Source: Minisyncoccota bacterium (lineage in GTDB: Bacteria > Patescibacteriota > Minisyncoccia > JAHISW01 > Tagabacteraceae). From it: a stretch of 64,000 nt of DNA. The stretch covers positions 168,604 through 232,603 of the forward strand of contig JAQTSC010000001.1 of the NCBI GenBank assembly GCA_028711505.1, written 5' to 3'. Below are positions 58,969 to 64,000 of the stretch, in pieces; position 1 is the stretch's first letter; each line of letters opens with the position of its first letter. Both the position numbers and the translations under genes were made by a program. The notes under the pieces were generated by a model. The model was not told where the DNA came from and ran no database searches. It was given only the letters and a program-made list of their open reading frames with translations.

Positions 58969-59415
58969 TCACTTCTCAAGCGTTTTCCTTAATTCGCTTA
59001 TAACTGCTTTTTCCCAATACTTCATCGAATACCAACGGATAAGTGGCGTTGCGGCTACGCGTAGCCATGCCTTATGAATTGAAACGCGATAAGTGTAATC
59101 GATTAAGGTTCCTTCGGGGGATTTGGAAAATAGCATCTCTTCATGCCCGGAAGTTCCGAATTTAGAGCTTTCATTATCCGAAATGAACCCCTTCCCAGGG
59201 AGAATCTGAGTTTTCATTTTTACCGGAAATTTTTTGCCGAACGAACTGGCAATTGCATCCATTTCTACATAATTTCCCTCCCGTTTCTTCACTCGTATTG
59301 ATTCGGCAACCCTTGGAAAATAATCGGGGAATTTCTCGAAGTCTGTCATCATACTGAAAACATCTTCAACAGGTGCTTTAATAATCCACTGACCATGAAG
59401 CGTAATTTCTTTCAT
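58969..59415 (-). CDS. SRPBCC (polyketide cyclase/START) family protein
   Basis: IKAPVEDVFSMMTDFEKFPDYFP motif. Confidence 0.8.
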   Translation of the reverse strand: MKEITLHGQWIIKAPVEDVFSMMTDFEKFPDYFPRVAESIRVKKREGNYVEMDAIASSFGKKFPVKMKTQILPGKGFISDNESSKFGTSGHEEMLFSKSPEGTLIDYTYRVSIHKAWLRVAATPLIRWYSMKYWEKAVISELRKTLEK

Positions 59416-59463
59416 CTGGGTAATTTTTCCATGACTTCTTTCAATTTCGCTGAATGTAAAACT

Positions 59464-59480
59464 TGGCGGAGAGGGCGAGA
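59464..59480 (-). repeat. tRNA-Ser-like 3' end; probable att junction of the CBASS island
   Basis: Minus strand reads TCTCGCCCTCTCCGCCA; AT-rich defence genes follow. Confidence 0.55.
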
Positions 59481-59685
59481 AGATAGATTCGGTCAGACAT
59501 TTTTTATCCGCCGTAGGCGGTGACCAAGCTCTCTCCACAAAACGGTGTACTCGGGTTAAGTACCCGTGACTTCAATGTTTATAAGGGTATTTTAGCACGA
59601 TTTTAGGCCTCGCTTCAAGGCATGTGGGTCGGGGTCTGGCTTTTTAAAAATGCGACAAATGCGACAGTACTTAAGCATTTTTGCT

Positions 59686-60330
59686 TTACTCAGCAAATGC
59701 AGTTAAATGTGGCCAAATTTTGTATTTTCCAAGCACTTTTTCTGGTTCATAGATCTCATACCATGGAGTCATTGCTATTGTATTTTCCTTGCCCTCGACT
59801 GGCACAGAGACATATTCGAGCAGTTTCTTGGGCGGTAACACGCCTTCATTTTCTTTTATTAAAAATACTTCAAAACCACTCTGAGGAATAATCCGTGCTT
59901 TCAAGACACCTTGTCGAATAAGTTTTCTAACAGTTGGCGACTTCATTTTAAAATAAGTATCAAATTCCCAAGTCGCATACCAATCTTTATCGTTATAGCA
60001 AATCTTACCAGAAATAATTTTCTTGTTGACCGCGTCCTGACAAGCAAGACATTTTTTACCCCATTTATCATACCAAAGCTGTTCGTCCTTAATTGAGGCG
60101 TGGCAAATACCACAATTATAGGTTTGACCATCCATTAAACAATAACCCTTGGGATGATCTTTTAGTTTTTCTTTAAGTTTTAATTCTCGCACGTGGCTAT
60201 CAAACAAAATTTTATATAAACCAACCAAACGCTCGCCAGACTCACGAGCTTCTTCAAAGGAAATTTCTTTTCCATATTCTTTTTTGAAAATTTCCTGAAA
60301 TTCTTTAATTGCTTTTTCTGATAAAGACAT
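59686..60330 (-). CDS. Hypothetical protein: helical N-terminus + CxxC..CxxC + excisionase-like HTH
   Basis: CGIC...CLAC; SPTVRKLIRQGVLKARI; abuts the E2 gene with a 0-bp gap. Confidence 0.65.
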   Translation of the reverse strand: MSLSEKAIKEFQEIFKKEYGKEISFEEARESGERLVGLYKILFDSHVRELKLKEKLKDHPKGYCLMDGQTYNCGICHASIKDEQLWYDKWGKKCLACQDAVNKKIISGKICYNDKDWYATWEFDTYFKMKSPTVRKLIRQGVLKARIIPQSGFEVFLIKENEGVLPPKKLLEYVSVPVEGKENTIAMTPWYEIYEPEKVLGKYKIWPHLTAFAE

Positions 60331-61014
60331 TTATTTTTTGTTAGCGATCTTATATATAATTTGATCTATACTCTCAAGAGTCTTTTTGGCATCTTTTGCT
60401 CTAATTTGACCTTTATATTTTTTCATTAACTCAAAATGACAATTTCTTAATTTTTTATTACTACCACAATAACAATTCCAGTGTCCTTTGATTTTCTTTT
60501 TGGTTAGATATTCGATAAATCTATAGACTGCTTTTATATCGTCTGTATTTAATATTTCCTTATAAAATTGAAGGGCTCCGTCTAACCCGTGCGCGTATGC
60601 CTTATCCTTGTTTTTGCCACCACTTACCTCGTATTCTATTTGCCAGAGAAAAAATGGCTCAACCAATTTTTTCATAAAATCAAGAATTGTAGATTTTTCG
60701 TTCCAGTACAAAAAGATTGCATCTCTAAAACACAAACACGCCTTTCCATCATTTTCAAAATGCCGGTCTGGAACTGTAGGAATTCGATTCCCAGTTTCTC
60801 TAACTTCTGGTATTTCTTGTGGAAAGTTATAAGGCACCTGTATATCAATCTTAAAACTATCCAGAATAGTATTTTTACTGTCCCTGATTCTAAGAGTGCC
60901 TTTTATATGAACTAGATTATTCTCTATTGAAACGACTAGGGTTGGATAATTTTTGTCAATTTCTGATTTGAGGGAGTTAAATAGTTCTTTATTTTGGAGA
61001 TGCCAATAGTTCAT
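60331..61014 (-). CDS. Ubiquitin E2-like protein with C-terminal SEC-C motif (CBASS ancillary)
   Basis: PYNFPQEIP.V.E, RHFENDGKACL (E2 His...Cys) and CYCGSNKKLRNCH. Confidence 0.8.
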   Translation of the reverse strand: MNYWHLQNKELFNSLKSEIDKNYPTLVVSIENNLVHIKGTLRIRDSKNTILDSFKIDIQVPYNFPQEIPEVRETGNRIPTVPDRHFENDGKACLCFRDAIFLYWNEKSTILDFMKKLVEPFFLWQIEYEVSGGKNKDKAYAHGLDGALQFYKEILNTDDIKAVYRFIEYLTKKKIKGHWNCYCGSNKKLRNCHFELMKKYKGQIRAKDAKKTLESIDQIIYKIANKK

Positions 61015-61017
61015 AAC

Positions 61018-61902
61018 TTAGCAATTCAGCCATGGTTTGGGTGCGTTGCCTTGATTGCTATTTGTTTTAAAAGAATTAACCACATAGCTTTTATCAGTAT
61101 CCTCCGCGATGCCAAATAATTCCTCCCAATTATCATTATTAATCAACTCAATTGCTTTTGTAGCAGCCGCAGACAGATTACTTTTTACGGTACTATCAAA
61201 TAGCGAACTAAGGTCGTTTCCTGAATTGGCAGGATCCTCAATCGAAATATTATCTATGTTGGTACTTAATTCTTCAAAGAATTTCTTAAGGCATTTCCCT
61301 AAACCATCATCATCTTTACTTTTTTCTAGAACCTTAACAACTAAAAGCTCCAAAACAAAAGTTTTTACATCAATTGAATAGATGTTTTTCCAAATCTTAA
61401 CCAATTTTATTGTTTTGGTTAGTGCACTATCTTTAATATGACTGATATGTACATCAAGATTAGTCTTTAGGCGTTTTTTATCACCCGATGACTGATAAAG
61501 AAAAGTGTCACTTTCAGAATCATCAACAAATCTTCCTGGGACAACATCGATATGAAAATCAAATTTATTTTCGCCCTGGAGACGTAACGCTGACTTCTTT
61601 GAGACAATCGTATATTGCTTTGATAGCGAATCTTTAACATTATTAAAAATATCTTCCAAATTATCTCCCGCTGAATCATCGTCATGCTTAAAATAACAGA
61701 CAATATCTAAGTCATAACTAGCTTTTATCATGGTCTCTTTTTTATAAGAACCAGCATATCTAATCACTGGGTTTCCGTCGAAAGAGTCAGAGATAGCCTT
61801 CTCCACCTTTGCTTTCTCTTCTTGCATGGCCTTGGCCTCTGCAGAATCTTTTGTTAAACCTTCTTTACTCAATATTTGCTCTAAATATTTTTCTGTTTCC
61901 AT
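61018..61902 (-). CDS. cGAS/DncV-like nucleotidyltransferase (CD-NTase)
   Basis: GSYKKETMI...DLDI, IDVVPGR, KLVKIWK, FVLELL and DPANSGN motifs. Confidence 0.88.
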   Translation of the reverse strand: METEKYLEQILSKEGLTKDSAEAKAMQEEKAKVEKAISDSFDGNPVIRYAGSYKKETMIKASYDLDIVCYFKHDDDSAGDNLEDIFNNVKDSLSKQYTIVSKKSALRLQGENKFDFHIDVVPGRFVDDSESDTFLYQSSGDKKRLKTNLDVHISHIKDSALTKTIKLVKIWKNIYSIDVKTFVLELLVVKVLEKSKDDDGLGKCLKKFFEELSTNIDNISIEDPANSGNDLSSLFDSTVKSNLSAAATKAIELINNDNWEELFGIAEDTDKSYVVNSFKTNSNQGNAPKPWLNC

Positions 61903-61912
61903 ATTTTTATAA

Positions 61913-63061
61913 TTAATTAATTGTTAATGAATACTTAAATTTACCTTTGTTGTACGTATTATAGATTTTTAATTTTGGGTCAGAATGTTTATTTAATGAT
62001 CTGCCGCAAACTATCGCCACTGGGGCAGGGACTGCTGGGAAAACATCAATATTTTTTAAACCAACATGCTCATTTTTAATTTTACTTATCGTATCGGAAA
62101 AACACTTTTCAAAATTTAATAAGTCTTTTTGCGTTCTTAGAAAGTTGTAATTCGGACTTCCCACTAAAGACAGTTCGTATATATAATATTTTTTGTCTAT
62201 TTTTGTGGGTAGCAAATCTCGTTTTATTGTTCCAGACAACGATAGTAATAATGCCACCTTGCTCTTATCTTGTCCTTTGTCGGTTAACTTAAACTGGTAA
62301 TCGGCCTTTGGTTTTCCATTTTTCCACTCCCAGTTTTCTCCGTCACGATGGCGTTGGAATATTTTAGTTTTGATTTTATTATCTAATTTCGAACCCAAAT
62401 ACATAAGAAGCGGCATAGGTCCTATTCCAAAAATTGACACATGTTCTATTTTTTCTCTTTTTAAATCAGAATAGAATTTATCAAGGGTGCTATTGATATC
62501 TCGCGATTTTGACTTCCAATAATCACTGCTGTCTTGTCCTGGATTATTAGAAAAATCAACTTCTTCGAATTTGTCTTCACAAGGTATTAATCCAGCTTTC
62601 ATTAGTGCCTTTACGATATCAGGGGTTGATAATTTAACAGTCTCAGAGTTTATATTGGCAACCATTTTCAAAACTTTTGTTTGTCTTTTCTGATCAAAAC
62701 TTGTAGATAACAGAATTCGTTTTTCGTGCTCAGCTTTATAATCTTGCAGTTGCTGAGCGGTGTAATATTCATCCTGTCCTGTTTTATCAATTTTCTCATG
62801 GCAATCAGGACACGCTAATAGTAAATTACTAACGTTATTTTTATCAGTGATATATTTATTAGCCCTGGGGCCTTTATTACTAAAGGCATATATATGAGCC
62901 ATTTCTCCCCATACAAATTGTTGCCTTGTTGTGGAATCTTTGATTACTAGCTTGTTACAAATTTCGCACCTACCAGCAGATTTCGCGAATAATAAAACCT
63001 TAGTATTTTCCTTAATACCACGACCATTTTTTATTTCTGTAATTTTTATATCTGTATTCAT
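61913..63061 (-). CDS. HNH-SAVED CBASS effector (Cap5-like)
   Basis: SAGRCEIC, AHI, NLLLACPDCH..ID HNH; FGIGPMPLL.YLG, FQRHR and FPAVPAPVA..CG SAVED. Confidence 0.88.
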   Translation of the reverse strand: MNTDIKITEIKNGRGIKENTKVLLFAKSAGRCEICNKLVIKDSTTRQQFVWGEMAHIYAFSNKGPRANKYITDKNNVSNLLLACPDCHEKIDKTGQDEYYTAQQLQDYKAEHEKRILLSTSFDQKRQTKVLKMVANINSETVKLSTPDIVKALMKAGLIPCEDKFEEVDFSNNPGQDSSDYWKSKSRDINSTLDKFYSDLKREKIEHVSIFGIGPMPLLMYLGSKLDNKIKTKIFQRHRDGENWEWKNGKPKADYQFKLTDKGQDKSKVALLLSLSGTIKRDLLPTKIDKKYYIYELSLVGSPNYNFLRTQKDLLNFEKCFSDTISKIKNEHVGLKNIDVFPAVPAPVAIVCGRSLNKHSDPKLKIYNTYNKGKFKYSLTIN

Positions 63062-63065
63062 ATCT

Positions 63066-63701
63066 CTATTTTTTAATAACTCTAACAGCGACCCCGTTGA
63101 CCATATAGCTAGAGCTGTTTATATCTGATTCGTGTAAAATAATCGGTGGAATTTCTTGTGTTGATTCAGAAACAAGACGAATTTCGTGTTTACTGTCATC
63201 TTTAAAAAACTTCTTGAAATTGGCCGCACCGTCAATGATGGATAAAACATAATCCCCATTGCTCGGTTGCTGTTTGCAATCAACGATTACATAGTCGCCG
63301 TCTTCAATATTTTCACCTCCAATATTTGCCTTATTCAGAGAGTCACCGACAGCTCTCACAGCAATCAGTCCGTCAGGCTTAGATCTCTTAAGCGATGTTT
63401 GAGTAATTTTTAAGTATTTCTGGATATCTTCCTGGGCCAACTCCATAGCTGGACCGCAGTTGGCAGATCCAACCAGTGGGATGCTAAATAATTTATCTAC
63501 AGCAAAAGCTTTAGGTTTCGCCACCCTCTGACGCTTTTTAATATCCAAATACAGAAGTCCTTTCTTTTTAAGTTGATCAAGATGATAGATCACTGTCTGT
63601 GGATTGGGAATACCTAGCTCACGGCCTATTTCTCTGAAAGTCATCTTGGAAATATCCTTTTTCTTAGCTAAATCTATTAATTTTTGTTGGTTTTCGTTCA
63701 T
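63066..63701 (-). CDS. LexA/CI-like repressor (HTH + S24 peptidase)
   Basis: FREIGRELGI...YHLDQLKKKG; ANCG cleavage-site-like; VGDSL Ser and FKKF Lys. Confidence 0.88.
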   Translation of the reverse strand: MNENQQKLIDLAKKKDISKMTFREIGRELGIPNPQTVIYHLDQLKKKGLLYLDIKKRQRVAKPKAFAVDKLFSIPLVGSANCGPAMELAQEDIQKYLKITQTSLKRSKPDGLIAVRAVGDSLNKANIGGENIEDGDYVIVDCKQQPSNGDYVLSIIDGAANFKKFFKDDSKHEIRLVSESTQEIPPIILHESDINSSSYMVNGVAVRVIKK

Positions 63702-63736
63702 AGGACTTTGTTTATAATTTCTTATTAACTATTTCC

Positions 63737-63815
63737 ATTATAATCTAAGCTGTTTCTAATGTCAATAGATTATTTATTGACACTATTGACGGCACCCAAC
63801 GATTGGGTATATACT
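63737..63815. promoter_or_regulatory. Divergent promoters with palindromic operator
   Basis: Leftward TTGACA-17-TATAAT (63765-63737); TGTCAATA-N7-TATTGACA (63760-63782) plus extra TATTGAC half-site; rightward TTGACG...TATACT. Confidence 0.7.
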
Positions 63816-63923
63816 TTAAGTAGGTTTGAATACCAAACAACAAACCCAAGAATCTTACGACAATTGAATAGAAATAATGCAACCTAAATAAAAAGCGAGG
63901 GCTTATCCCCTCAATCAGGCCGG

Positions 63924-63992
63924 AGCACTTATTTCACTACACCAAACACGAAATGCTTTTTTGTGTTGGAAAAGTGAAATAGGTGCTTTTTA
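63924..63992 (+). terminator. Long hairpin plus U-run in the rightward leader
   Basis: AGCACTTATTTCACT/AGTGAAATAGGTGCT followed by TTTT. Confidence 0.6.
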
Positions 63993-64000
63993 TTTTGGTC

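Larger units (their letters stand above)
59464..64000. mobile_element. Left part of a second integrated element carrying CBASS; extends beyond the window
   Basis: tRNA-like junction, visibly lower GC, repressor with divergent promoters. Confidence 0.6.

Noticed and set aside
1-64000. CRISPR array or cas genes
   Set aside because: No regularly spaced direct repeats or Cas motifs seen

Overview
Bacterial chromosome segment. Compact genes, a CPR-type pilin, a CPR-type DGR-target-like protein and very few biosynthetic genes suggest Patescibacteria/CPR, probably Parcubacteria (inference). About 1-36 kb and 51.8-59.4 kb are core and envelope genes (frr, holB, mreB, murA, priA, def/fmt, thiI, MacAB-like ABC exporter, rlmN, obgE, mscL, rpoD, class II RNR), interspersed with small orphan transcription units. 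Three accessory loci stand out. (1) A probable diversity-generating retroelement (DGR) target gene at 36504-37370 has an adenine-depleted 3' end, but no RT or template repeat was seen in the window. (2) A ~13.9 kb element (37825-51716) is integrated at the 3' end of tRNA-Asn(GTT). It carries HsdR, an HsdM-S fusion, a RloC-like protein, a primase-helicase, an unannotated A-B-A'-B' structured RNA and a large serine recombinase. The recombinase's C-terminus appears split by the att site, and a decayed recombinase of an earlier element lies at the left junction. (3) An AT-rich island starts at a tRNA-Ser-like 3' end (~59464). It carries a CBASS operon (HNH-SAVED, CD-NTase, E2/SEC-C) directly downstream of a LexA/CI-like repressor. 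All calls are by-eye motif recognition; no searches or folding programs were run.
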